Of a stretch of DNA of 64,000 bases, positions 1 to 11,753 are shown in pieces. Made by a program: the position numbers and the translations under genes. Position 1 is the stretch's first letter. The number at the start of each line of letters is the position of its first letter. The notes under the pieces are model-generated. The model was not told the DNA's origin. It saw nothing but the letters and a program-made list of their open reading frames with translations, and ran no database searches. Source of the DNA: Hyaloraphidium curvatum SAG 235-1 (lineage: Eukaryota; Fungi; Monoblepharomycota); contig JAIVFI010000033.1 of NCBI GenBank assembly GCA_025558095.1, forward strand, positions 248,001 through 312,000, written 5' to 3'.

Positions 1-1702
1 CGTGCCAGCTGCAGCTTGGCTACGACGAGCAAAGTCCATAGCACAGCGAGGCCGCCGACGACCTTGACGAGCCACACCACGCGACCCAGGTAGATAGCTG
101 GTCCGCTTCCCAAGCCCTCGGAGAACCCGAGAAACTCGCCGATCTGCATGCAGACGCGAATCGCGAGGCATGAAATGGGCAGCACCGAGAAGCCTATCCG
201 TTTCGCGAGGGCCGGCCCGTGATCGTAGGCGTGCCTCGTTTGGGCGTCTCCATTCTCGGTATGACCACCACCCCGGCTGCGCGTCGGGCCCTTATCCTCG
301 TCAATGTCGAGGGCAAACTTGTCGGCAAAAGAGCGGTACAGCCGCCGGGGCTCCCACTCTTCCGTCCTCATGTGGGAATTGAATTTGACGACAAAAGCGT
401 GCTTAAGCCAATCGACGAGGATCTCCGAGGCGAAGATGAGGCCAATCGGGGCCAGGACCTTGAGCAGGAGAGGAATCGAGAGTTCCAAGTGCCCGGCGCC
501 TTCGCCATCCGAGTCCAGGACGTCCCCGGCCCCGCTGAGCTCGAGGTAGTTGCGGATGCCAACGATGACGAGGAAAACGCTGAGCTGGAAGCGCTCGACA
601 ATGTCCGCACACGTCAGCTGCCGGAACGCGCGTGAACCAACCTGGTTCCTTTTGAGAAACGAATCGACGTACCTGGAAAAGATTGTCCTTCTCGTACTTT
701 TTGAAAACCGAGCCCTTGACCTCCACGAACTGCACGGGGAATAAGCTGTGAGCGGACAAAACAGCATGCACGGGGGCAGCAAGGCACCTGGTTGCTCAGC
801 AACAAAGTAAGGAGGGCATTGTTGAACGAATTGATCGCCACCTGGAGCGTCGTGCACTGGTAAAAGAGCACGAGGGCATGCAGCCAGACATAGACCGTCG
901 CAACCGCGAATCTCAGCCAGAACGTGAGCATAGCAAGCGGTGCGTTTCGTGATTCGGTTCTGGTGAGGTACAGCGAATCCAAGATGTCGTTGCCGAAGGA
1001 GCAGCAGAGCTTGTCCAGGATTTCTAGGACGTTGAAGATGACATAGAGCTTGACGACGCTCTGGCCGCGGACGCCGTGATAGACGACGGACGTATCGATC
1101 TCGCGCAGAAGCATCGACACAATCAAGATGATTGCCACCTTTACGAGGTCCGAGCGCTGCTGCGGGAGCAGCCGAGGCACAGAAGACAGCCGGAACATCC
1201 TGCTCAACGTTCGGTACGAGCTCAGCACGACCCGCAGAGGCAGGATGGTGAAAATGTAGAGGAAAGCGTCTAGAAGGACGAGGTAGCCAAAGATCACGAT
1301 CCTCTCCACCTCCCCGGGGACCCGGAAGAAGCTGTTGATCCTCTCCACGTTCTCTTCGAGGCCCTGGCCCGAAGGCATCGGGCCGTCATCCCCCACCACC
1401 TCGTCCAACAGATCATCCAAAAAGCTGCTACGCGTTTTGCGTCGCGCGTCGTCCTGTTCCGAGAAGCTTTTCGGCCTCGGAGAATCCTCTCCCGACGCGT
1501 CCCCGGACGACAGGAGGTCGTCTTCCGAGAGGGGATCGTCCGGATATCGACGACTGGTCTCGCTCGAAGGAGAGAAGTTGTACTCCGAGTCCGAATGCAA
1601 GGCATCGTTTGCTTCCGGCGAAGCAGCATCCGGCCGAAAAGCAATTTCCTCTCCGACACCGCTCGCCAAGCGCTCCAACGCGGAAGAGCCCTCCGCGGAC
1701 AT
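1..1702 (-). CDS. TAPT1: TAPT1/Emp65-family ER membrane protein (multi-exon, 3' end runs off window)
   Basis: Motifs FGYLVLLDAFLYIFTILPLR, YHGVRGQSVVKLYVIFNVLEILDKLCCSFGND, LHALVLFYQCTTLQVAINSFNNALLTLLLSNQ|FVEVKGSVFKKYEKDNLFQ; GT-AG introns; ATG at 1702 (MSAEGSS). Confidence 0.9.
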
Positions 1703-1898
1703 TGGCTTCCAGTTTCCGATCAAAGGCAACAAAGGAAAGGGCAAGGAACTCTGTCCATGAGGCCAAGGCGGACGGACTTGTGCGTCTGACAGATCGCGAT
1801 CGCGATCGGCACCCTCGAACGCTTGCGTTTGGCCCGACCAACCCTCAGCGGGCTGGTTTCAAGACGAGGACAACGTCGTTGGGATCCCGGACGGAGAC

Positions 1899-2805
1899 AT
1901 GGCACCTGGACTGATTTATCCGAAGGACCACGGAGATTTCCAGGCAATAATCGCGTCGCCCAAGTTCACTCTGGTCGATTTCTTTGCGACCTGGTGCGGC
2001 CCGTGCAAGGCCGTGGAACCGAACTTTGCTGCTCTGCCCAAGAAGTATCCGGGCAGCCAATTCGTAAAAGTCGACGTGGACGAACAGCAAGAGATCGCTG
2101 CCTCGTGTGGTGTTAGGGCTATGCCTACATTCGTCGGATTTGTGAAGGGCCAGAAGGCAAGTTTCACGTCTCTCACGATGCTTGCTTCAGCTCTGACTCG
2201 TTTCCCAGGTCGGCGAGGTGGTTGGCGCCGATTGGAGCGCCGTCGAGGCCTTGATCGCCAAACACGCCAAGAGCGGCGATGCTTGGTCGGCCGCGGGCTC
2301 TGGCCATAAATTGGGCGGCGATGATGCGCAACCGGCGACTGGCTCGACGTCCGGTGGCGGCGGCTTGCTGTCTGGACTGGCATCGTACATCTGGAGCGGA
2401 TCCGCCCCCCAGGGGCCGGCTGTAAGTGGACTTCCATCGCTTTTCGGAGCAGTGGCTAACAGGTGTGCTAAGGATGAGGACGACGAAGTCCAGAAGGCGA
2501 TCGCTCTTTCCCTGCAGGAGCAATCCGCGGACGCTCCCCCCAAGAAGCCGCCTTCTGGCAAGACATCGGAGCTCCAGATCCGGCTTCCCAGCGGGTCTAC
2601 CGTCAGGCACGCATTCGATCAGAATGACACGATTAACGACGTCCGCGTGTGGCTGGCTTCGGCCAACAAGGAACTTGCTGGCCGACGATTTGCGCTGGCG
2701 ACGACCTTTCCCAAGAAGGAGTATGGAGAATCGAGCCTCCACAACACTTTGGAGGAGGAAAAGCTGGTCGGGCGTGTTCAGCTGGTCGTCGTGATGAAAT
2801 CGTGA
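1899..2805 (+). CDS. Thioredoxin (WCGPC) - SHP-box-like - UIM - UBX fusion protein
   Basis: DFFATWCGPCK and cis-Pro AMPTF; after the 2157-2208 intron VGEVVGAD; WSAAGSGHKLGG; DEDDEVQKAIALSLQE; LQIRLPSGSTVRHAF...TTFPKKEY...TLEEEKL. Confidence 0.85.
2157..2208 (+). other. GC-AG intron
   Basis: AAG|GCAAGT...CTGAC...TTTCCCAG|GTC; only this 52-nt excision joins the Trx exon in frame with VGEVVGAD and the UBX exon. The GT at 2161 gives a 48-nt excision that stays in the wrong frame. Confidence 0.8.
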
Positions 2806-2882
2806 ACGGATGGTGGCTGGACAGTGTTGCGCTCAATTCTGTGTCTTGACAAATAGGTTACAACATCGCAAAGAGTATGAAA

Positions 2883-5437
2883 TCACTTCTTGACCTCGCT
2901 GGCCGCACCTTCGGCGGCACCATCCTCCGATCCGGGCAGGAAGCATGTGCAGGTCGTGAGCAGCACGTCGTTACTGTTCAATGGGCGAGCGTTCACGGAG
3001 ACTCCGGCCGGGTTGTCGATCCGAACCAGTGGGTATTTCATGGACATCTAGAGAGCGCGGGGATCAGAGGCTATTCGATCGGCGCCAGCGGCATGACTCA
3101 CAGAAGGCACGTCGATATCCTTGCAATTGGGATCAAGGACAAAGACCTCGTCACCAACCTTGAAGGCGTCGGGGCGGATGTTGTAGATCGCGACGCAGAA
3201 CACCACGCCGTCGCGATCCATGCCGAGCAAAGATCTGAAACGTGGCATAGCGAATCAGAATCGGATGAAGAAAGCGGTAGGGGCCGAGGTCGTACCTGGG
3301 CACAACCCGCGTGTGTTCAATATCCGCGATCACGGCGAACCTGAGGCAGGCCTTCGCACTGTCCGTCTGTGCATCAGCGGCAGGCTTGGCCTTCTTGGGT
3401 TTGCTGCGCATAATCTCGGCGAACGACTTGTACTCGACGTCCTTGAACCTCTTGGCCGCAACTGAATTGGGGCTCGGATTCCGAAGCGCATGGAGTATGT
3501 CCGAGATCCTAGTCAGGCGAATGTGGCCCTATCAGAGCATGATACCGTCAGCAATGGCCTTTCGCAATTGCATCCCCCCCAACCTTCTTGTTGATGTTTT
3601 CGATGATCCTCAAGACCATGCGACGGAGGCCTTCCGCTTCGCCAGACCAGCCGGCAGTCGGATCCAGCTGATTCGCCGTCTCAAAGTCCTGGATCGCCTT
3701 CTCGACTTCGTCCAAGCACTGATGCACGAGAGCTCGATTGTAGTAGAGGTCAGGTAGGGATGCTCCTGCGTTGACCTTGCAGGCAGACTGCGGAAACTCC
3801 ACGTGAGCGAGACGAGGCAGCGAAAACTCGGGAACCTTACAGCCTTGTCGAAGGCCTTCAGAGCCTTCAAAAGATCCTGCTTGTCCTGCGTAGCGTTGAA
3901 GAAAAGGTTGAGGTGCGTCATGCCCAGGCCGACTAGAGGCACCGTGAGCAGGAGGCTTTGCCGCGGAGGCGCTCACACTCACACCACGACACCCCATCGT
4001 CAAGATCCAAAGACACAGCCTCCTTCCCCAGCTCCAAAGCCCGGAGAATCTGATCGCGGAACACCTTTGTGTTGGCCTCGGACCCCGGAACCCCGCCCGC
4101 TTTCTTGCTGGAAACGTGGCGCAAGACCATGGCCACCATACGGAGCACCTCCTTCCGCCGGGGAACGACGATCTTGAGGGCCGTTTCCGCGACCGCCAAG
4201 GCGCCTTCGAGGTCCCCCCGCTTCAGTACACACTCCGCGAGGCTGATGTGGCTCTCATGGTCGTTTGGGCTCAAAAAGGTGGCCACGCGGAGGTCGCGCT
4301 CCGCATCGGGAGAGTGTTTCTGAAAGTAGTTATTGATGTGGCCTCGTAGGAAGTGAAAGACAGCGAGGTGCTGCTGGCGCAGAGTGGAGTCAAAACCATG
4401 GTGTGCCAGGAGGAGCTCACTTGGCTCTGGGGAAGGGAGCCGAATCAGACAAACACGGCTTCAGCATAGTTGCACCGCGTACCGGAGGTGGGCGACGAGG
4501 GAACACTCGTGATGGAATTCCTCGACGATCCGCCCCGGTGCCGCAGCTCGAGTTCCTCGTCTCCAATCAGCGTGCCGTCGTCGGAGGAGCAGGGCGATGC
4601 AGAGCGGATCGATGCGACAGGAGTAATGCTGATGTTCACAGTCGGCACAGGGCGGGCAGGCGTTACTGGTGCCGCAGGGGAAGGGGAGGCTGGTCCGGAG
4701 GTAGCTCCGGACGAACCAGGCAAGAAAGCATCACAGCCCGCGGGGAGGACCACAGAGCTAGACGCTCTCTTTTCCTTCTTCCGCAGCACGTAGGGCATCG
4801 TCAGGGTCGTGAAGCGGTCCATAACGGCCTTGTAAGCGATGCGCATGCGTTGCACCTTTTCCGCTTGGCATCGCTGCGCGTACGTCAGGCGGTTCTCCTT
4901 GGGAAATGGTTTTGCCGGATAAAGCTCGAAATAATGATCCCGCAGCCGGTACAGAGCGGCTGCAAGTCGCGTGAGCTCCTCGGCATGGGCCGCAAAGTCG
5001 AGGAGCGGAGTGGTGAACACCGGAGGGTCTGTGGGAATACGCAGAAACGATGGCAAGGTCATCTTGTTGCCCTTCCGCAGCTTCCTACTCGCGTCCGTGG
5101 GGAGCGCCGGAGGTTTGCTGGATATGGGAGCTATCCCCGGGGGAACGAACGGGGCCTTTCGGAGCGGGAGGGGAGGGATCTGGCGCGCCGGCGTGGTGCT
5201 TCGAGCCGCCGAGGACTTTGAGCTGACCACTGATGCGGGCCGTGGGGGTTCTTGAACATACGTGGAGCCGTCTTCGGCTGGCGGATCCGTGGTTTCGCTG
5301 GGTGTTTCGAGCTCGGCGATAGTGTCCTTGGCGACAGACTCGGGAGCGCCCTCGTCGTTCAAGGACTCGTCCGACATCGAACGAGGCAGGCCGCTCTGCT
5401 GCTCGATGCTAGGAGAGCGAGCCGTTTCGACCGACAT
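2883..5437 (-). CDS. TTC5: TTC5-like TPR + OB-fold protein (multi-exon)
   Basis: LYRLRDHYFE (human LYSFRDCYFE), LGKEAVSLDLDDGVSW, PDLYYNRALVHQCLDEVEKAIQDFETANQLDP, OB region GMDRDGVVFCVAIYNI...KVGDEVFVLDP...YPLVRIDNP; splicing near 4370-4480 is ambiguous. Confidence 0.85.
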
Positions 5438-5851
5438 GGCTGGAGCGAGGAGTTGAGCGGGGGTGGGGCACTTTTCTGCAGACCGCGTCCGCGGCGAGCT
5501 CGTCCCTGTCGGAGCCGATGCGCCGACGATGCGCACGCGGCCCGCTCGAGATTCCAATCAGCTGCCGGTTATCGGCACTGGAAGCGCGGGCGCCGGCCGC
5601 GGAGCCGCAGAATTCGGGCTGCACGTGGATCTCGTTCGGGTGGGGGGTAACGGACGTTGCCTCGGGTGGCGCGAGGCCCACGTGATCAGGTGAAAAGTAA
5701 TTGCTGCAAGCCGCCGACAGCAATTTTGGCGCCGAAGAGGCTACGCCGAGCGGTGGGCAAGGAGAAGATTGGAAATCGTGGCCGGGGGTGCAACGACGGC
5801 AGGCGATCACCTCATTTTCCGCACGGTGCGAGTGCACCATCCCTTGTCGGC

Positions 5852-7120
5852 ATGAAGCCGGAAGACGGCCATAGAAAGAGCAAAGGGCGACGACGGCGCA
5901 TCGTTGGAGTACCATGGACACTGGTCGGCCTGTACGCCGCCTTCATTGTGGTCTCTCGGGCCCTCGGAAGTGCGGCGACGGACGCGACACCGGATGGCCT
6001 TCCGATGCCGCGAAATGCGTCTTCGGAAACGCCATTCGCGGATCCTACGCTGGAGATCGTACCTTCGAATAGCTCGCTGCTACTGGAGGGTCGCTGGCTC
6101 GTCTTCATGTGGGCTGCCCGTGCCGGCGATCTCTCCGGCATCAAGTCTAATAGTGAATTGTCATCAGATCTGCGCCATGGTGTCCTTTCTCGGCGCGTTT
6201 CGAAAAGCGATGGCCTGCGATCGTGCAAAGTCTCGTGTCGGAACGGGCTGCGAACACCACCGAAGCGAACACGACATCAGTCGGATCGCCAAGCCTGACT
6301 GACAGCGGGACCGGGACGCCGCAACCGACGCCCGTCACGGCCGCTGATTTGCAATCTGTTGTGCCGGCGATGACGGACGACATCGAAGCCGCGGCGTCTC
6401 CTTCGGTCGCAACCGTGGTCGATACTGCCTCGCAGAAGCGAAGATCTCGGTCCCGGGGACCACTGCGCTTTGCCCGCATCGATGCAGTCCGGAATGCGGA
6501 GCTCGCCGCGCAGCTCGAGGTGAAGGCGTACCCGACCGTGAAGCTCCTGCAGGATGGGAACATTTGGACCCTATCGAATATCACCCTGGACGCCGAAAGC
6601 GTCCTCTACTTTGCGCGAGAGGGATGGCGAATCGCCCCATTCTACAACAGAATGCCCAGAAAGCCGAGCTGGAGCTACGTACAGCAGCTCAAGCTCTGGA
6701 ACTGGTTGGGCGAACAGAAGGTGTGTCGTCTCGCTCCTCAGTCGCACGCTCGGTCCTGACCCTTACGATCAGGCGCGAATGGGCGTCCGTTTGACGCTGC
6801 TTTTGCCAATGCTCATGGGGTTCGTGGTGTCTCTGGCCGCGTATAGCGCGAACTTGCTCGGGGTGTACCGGTCTGTATTTGGCAAGTTCGCGATGTTCGA
6901 ACGGGTGGTTGCCGACATTCTCGGCATCGTCGGCGACTTTGAGGAGGACTTGCCCGAGCTGGCGGAAGGACCTGCACCAGCGCCTAACCATGGCGAAAGA
7001 GCCCAAGCTGACCTCTTGCCTGATCGAGGTGCCGGGGACGATCATGGCCTTGCACACGACGAAGGACTTCGAAGGCGACACCCATTAGCAGAAGACAACG
7101 ATGAGCTAGGGGATGCTTGA
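5852..7120 (+). CDS. Thioredoxin-related transmembrane protein with CxxS site (TMX/TXNDC15/APR-like)
   Basis: N-terminal hydrophobic segment; removing intron 6109-6167 gives LVFISAPWCPFS; downstream FARIDAV..LAAQLEVKAYPTVKLLQDG; C-terminal TM and acidic tail. Confidence 0.75.
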
Positions 7121-7171
7121 ATGTAGGCGAAAGTCCCGGATGAACTGCCTCTATCTCTATCTCCTTTGCCG

Positions 7172-8617
7172 TCACCCGAGTGCCCACTCAAGTACGTCCT
7201 GCGGTATATCGTCCGCGTCACCGACCTGCGGAGCTTCTGCGTCCTCATCCGCCGCCTGCTGCACCCGCGACCCGAAGAAAAGCAGCTGGTTGCAGGGGCT
7301 TTTCGGGTCGTTGAAGTGAACGTACGGCCGTGACGGGTTGAGCCAACGTCCACAGAGGTAGCAGAAATGGTCTCCGCAAGAAGGGCAGTGCATGTGATTG
7401 CAGCCCTCCGTTCGCTCGATGTCTGTTCCGCACGTGGGACACGGCATGGTGTTCTCGCGCTTCCACTGGAGGCTCTCCTTCTCGCTTTCGTAGTCGGCGA
7501 CAAGCCTCGCCAGAACCTTGGCTCCGTAGCGGAATTCCAGCGCCTCGACCTTCTTCCGGTCCCCAGAATCCCGTGCGCGCATGAACTCCTCGACGGTCTT
7601 TTGCAGGTTCTTGACCGCGCAGTGGCTCGTGCCGTGCCAACTTCTCTGGCAAACGTGGCAAAAGGCGAACGAGCACTGCGTGCACGACGCGAGCTTCTCG
7701 ATCTGCTTGTCTTTGAGCGCCAATCCCTGGCAAAACCCTCGCGGGCACCATGCAATGTCCCGCCGTTTCGAAAGCTCGTTCTTTTCGTACAGTTCCCGGT
7801 ACCGCCGGTAGAGCTCGTCGCCGAGCAGGTCCGCAAGATCGGCTTCCTCGAGATGCCCAGCGGCCAGCCCAGGGTCCGCTGCCTCGCCGTTGGCCCCCTG
7901 GCTCTTGCCGCACGTCGTGTCCGGGCACCTCAGGGCGTCGGTCCGGTTGTCCTTCACGAGCACCGTGAAAAACTCCCTCGTGCAGTCCTTGCAGAACACG
8001 TGCCGGCAGGGAACGAACCGGACACACGCAGCACCCTTCCTGGGCTCGAAGCAGACGCCGCAGTGGAAGCTCTCGCTTTCGAACTCTTCCCTCGCCATCT
8101 TTCGCTCGTGCTCGGTTAGCGAATCGACGAGTTCGGGAATCGACTGCTCGCGCTCGTCGACCAGAATGTCCAGCTTCCGACCGTCCGGCGAAAGCAGGCC
8201 GAAGGTGTCGAGGAGCTCGTTCTGCAGGAACGAGCAGAGCTCGAACAGAGCCACTCCGTGACCACAGCTTTCCCAGAGATCGAACAGCTTCTGCTGTACC
8301 CGCAGCCGATGTTCCGGAAGGAGCCAGCGGCAAGTGACGACGACATCGGGGGGTCGCTTCGACGGATAGTCGGGCGGGAGAGCGAAGAGCACCTCGACGG
8401 GAGGAAGCCAGCGAAGTGCGATGGCGAGCTCATCGTGCGATTTCTCGGGCTTCCATGTCCTCACGATGGCATGGATCTCCTCGGGGAGCTGAATGGGAAC
8501 CCGGATTGTCCCCGAGATCCAGGAGGGGTCGCCCAACGGTCCACCGAGCGAGAAGCTGTCCGCAAATATGGCCTGAAGCGCCAAAATTTCGTCCGCGGCG
8601 GCCTCAGGGTCGTCCAT
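7172..8617 (-). CDS. RNF14: RBR E3 ubiquitin ligase RNF14/Itt1 (RWD-RING1-IBR-RING2), intronless
   Basis: DEILALQAIF, LPPDYPS (RWD); CGVCF..CRHVFCKDC; WCPRGFC..CTQCSFAFCHVCQRSWHG; CPTC..IERTEGCNHMHC..CGDHFCYLC. Confidence 0.92.
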   Translation of the reverse strand: MDDPEAAADEILALQAIFADSFSLGGPLGDPSWISGTIRVPIQLPEEIHAIVRTWKPEKSHDELAIALRWLPPVEVLFALPPDYPSKRPPDVVVTCRWLLPEHRLRVQQKLFDLWESCGHGVALFELCSFLQNELLDTFGLLSPDGRKLDILVDEREQSIPELVDSLTEHERKMAREEFESESFHCGVCFEPRKGAACVRFVPCRHVFCKDCTREFFTVLVKDNRTDALRCPDTTCGKSQGANGEAADPGLAAGHLEEADLADLLGDELYRRYRELYEKNELSKRRDIAWCPRGFCQGLALKDKQIEKLASCTQCSFAFCHVCQRSWHGTSHCAVKNLQKTVEEFMRARDSGDRKKVEALEFRYGAKVLARLVADYESEKESLQWKRENTMPCPTCGTDIERTEGCNHMHCPSCGDHFCYLCGRWLNPSRPYVHFNDPKSPCNQLLFFGSRVQQAADEDAEAPQVGDADDIPQDVLEWALG

Positions 8618-9080
8618 TCGCAGAGGAATGGGCCGACGTTTTGCTCTCAAGCGGCGGCGGGCACGAGACGTAGGCACGGTCAGCCGGCGCCCATCATCCG
8701 CCTCGCCACTCACACTTTCCGCTCCGATCAGCGATGGCATACAAGCAGCAAAATCTGCCCGATGCTGAGCTTACGCTGAGGATGCTAGGCTCTTGAGGCT
8801 CTGCTGAACTCAATGCCCGGATCGCCCACTCGTCCGATCCCCCACCAGATCTCCTAAATCTCAGACTCTTGAAGCTGAAGAGGAACATCGGCGCTGGTAC
8901 AGTGCTGGAATTGCTTGGAACGGTATCCCGCCGGGGAAGCGAATTGGGTGACAGGGACGGACTGGACCCGTGATCGAGCTAGGTCCGCAGCCCCCATCCC
9001 CCTCACGCCACTGCGGTGTCGCTTCCGGCAGAAGAGCGAAGTGTGGGCACCGGAATCCCATCGATCGTAGCCACTGCCGC

Positions 9081-11549
9081 GATGGACGCCGACCGTTCTC
9101 CGGAAGAGCTGTACGTCGACGGCCCCGATGCGGTCGACCCCGTATTTTGACCATTCGGGCATCGCAGGCGCGCCGCGTTAGCGGAACTGAGCAAGGCCTT
9201 ACCAGACAACGATGCGACGAACCCGCTGCGCCTCGTCAAGGCGCGCGTCCATCTCCTGCTGGACGCTGATGCCGAAGCCTCGCACGACGCGGGCATCTTC
9301 CTTAATTCCGCGACCAACGCGACGCCTGCGTTCTACCGCGCCACTGCCTATGCGATTCGCGCGCTGGCGGCCGAGGGGCGCGGCAACAAGGGGGAGGCGG
9401 TGCAGGACCTCATGGCGCTCGAGACCATGACGGGTGACCCCCGCAACGCCACCGCCGAGGTGCGTTCCGGGGCGATGCCTCGCGACAGAAGGTCTCCGAT
9501 GCTGATCTGATGCCCGCAGGTGCCCACGGAGCCGGCCTGGGTCGCGGCGTCGCTCGGAGGCTTCCTTGCCGGTCTCCCTCATCCCAATCCCGCAAACGGC
9601 GCGAACCACGCCTACTTTTCCGAGTGGAAGCAGCGCCTCTTGAAGACGCCGCTGATCTCAGCCGATGCCATTGGGCTGCACGAGGGCGACGAAGGGCCGG
9701 CTGCCGACGCCGAAACCCCTCTGATCTCGGAGGACGCCCTTCAAGGGGTGGAAGAAGCCGCCAAGGAAGCGCCTAACGAAGTCCAAGCTGCTCCCGAGGT
9801 AGCTGTCAAGGTCGTCGAAGACGTAGCCAAAGGAGCGGAGGAGAAGGTCAAGGGAGCACAGGTCGCCGCCCAGGCCCCTCAGGCAGCACCCCCGGCTCAA
9901 GAGGGTGTCGCCCCCGCCGCCGAAGCAGCAGTGGTCGGGGCAGCCACCGGCGCTACGGTGACTGCTGTCGCGAGGGCACAAGAGCCCAAGAAGTCGGCCT
10001 CTTCCGACACGCTGGCTGACCCCACTAGCGCTGAGCCCGCGGCGGAGGTGGTTCCGAACTCGGGCGCTCCTGTTGCGGCCGCTGCTGCTGTTCCTGCCGC
10101 GGTTGTTTCCGCCGAGGTCGTTCACGAGGCGACTTCCGCCAAGTCGGCGCCCGCCGAGGTTGCTCCGGCCGCCGTCGCCCCTACCGAGGTTGCCGCCGCG
10201 ACCACTTCGGCCGACACGGACGAAGCTTCGATGATCGCCGTTCCCGCGTCGGGCGAGAAGCAGGTCGAGGGCATGATGCCTGGCAGCAGCACTCTGGACC
10301 GGGACGAGGCCCTCGAGACGGGATCGCTCATGGCTGCGGTCATGCAGGCGGGAGACGGCGCCGCCGGCGAGCAGTCTGCCGAGGCCATCACTTACCCCGG
10401 CGAGGACGAGGCGGCGGACAGCACACTCATGCGGGCCGTCATGGACGTCGATGCGGACGTCGACCCGCTGAAGCAGGAGCTGGAGGCTGAGCTCGACAAG
10501 GAGCTGGGCGACATCGGGGAATCGGATCCCGCCGCGGAGCTCGAGGCAGCCCTGCCCGAGGAGCCCGCCTGGCAGTTCACCCCTCCCCCGGCATACAACG
10601 CCGCTGCGGCCAAGAAGGCTGCCGCCCAGCCGCTGTGGACGCCACCCGCACCCCTGTACCCCAAGGCCCAGAAACCGGCGACCACGGCGGGCGTCGCCGA
10701 GGACGAGAGGCAGGAAGTGCTCCGGCATTCGTCGGACTTTGTGCCCCACGCTCCCAAGCCCTACACCAACCCCGGCCTTGCCGTCGCCGCCGGTGCCACG
10801 GTCTCTGCGGCCGTGCTGGCGGCTGCACCGCCCAAGGCTCCGGTGGGCTCTGCCGTGCGCGACTGCTGCCCATTTGCTGACTTCGGTTTCACACCACAGT
10901 CCCAGTATCCCAAGGACACCAGTGGTCGGGGCGTCATGGTGGATCCCGCCACCTACGTTCCCCCGGCACCCAAGGCGTACAAGCGCCCGGGCACAATGGC
11001 CGACTTTGTCCCGCCGCAGGTCATTGGCCACCAGCAGCAGCAGTATGCCGGCGCAAGCCCCTGTACGTTTCTTCGTGTCACAATCCCGGGTTGATTCTGA
11101 CAACAGCATCTGCAGACGGCCAGCCCAACAAGCACAGCGTCCACTTCTCGCAGCCGCCCGGCCAGCTTCCCGCGGACGTTGCCGCCGCCCCCAAGACCCC
11201 CTGGACGCCTCCGAACCCCCAGGAGGCCAACGCCTCCATCCAAAAAGCACAGCGCCTCCAGGGCGAGTCGATCAACCCGTCTTCGACCGCGGTGCTCAAC
11301 AGCGACACGGGCAAGTTCGGCTCCGACTGGACGGTCAAGGTTCGCACGGCCTGTTCCCCGTTTTTGCGCCCGCTGACCCGCCCGCCGTAGTGGACCTTCG
11401 TCCCGCGCGCCGCCGACGAGCTCCCGCTCCGCGTGGGCGACCGCGTGTGGGTCTACAGGCAGATGCGGGACGGGTTCGCGTACGGCCGGAATGTGTCGGC
11501 GGGCCTGGAGGGGTGGTTCCCGGTCCTCTGCATCGCGAGGAAGCAATGA
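9081..11549 (+). CDS. Unknown protein: N-terminal TPR-like helices, long Ala/Glu/Pro-rich linker, C-terminal SH3 domain
   Basis: Spliced N-terminus ELRAALAELSKAL...YRATAYAIRALAAEGRGNKGEAVQDL; 524-aa low-complexity ORF; last exon WTFVPRAADELPLRVGDRVWV...GFAYGRN...EGWFPVLCI (SH3); start codon uncertain. Confidence 0.65.
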
Positions 11550-11753
11550 TCGGGCCCCATGATATTTTGCTGGCGCGTATTTCATATCTTGTCTCTGTGA
11601 CGTACCTATGTTGGAAATGAAGTGGTGGTAGTTTCCCGGGACGAGCACGCTCCAGATACTGTCCGCAACACTCGCAGTCCATTTCGAGGTATCACAAGTC
11701 ATTCTGATTGTCCCATGTGCCAGCCCAGAAGGATCCATGCCCCTCGCGCCTCG

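Noticed and set aside
4370-4482. In-frame TGA (4445-4447, minus strand) in TTC5 that could be read through or decoded as selenocysteine
   Set aside because: The TGA sits in a branch-point-like CTGAT followed by a pyrimidine tract and CAG. A phase-0 GT-AG intron starting at 4456 removes it. No SECIS was recognised and TTC5 is not a known selenoprotein. RNA-seq would settle the exact splicing.
9658-11250. Long antisense ORFs (also 12595-14145, 43591-45057, 51459-52736, 58612-59967)
   Set aside because: Shadow ORFs expected from GC-rich codon bias opposite real genes; no recognisable domains.
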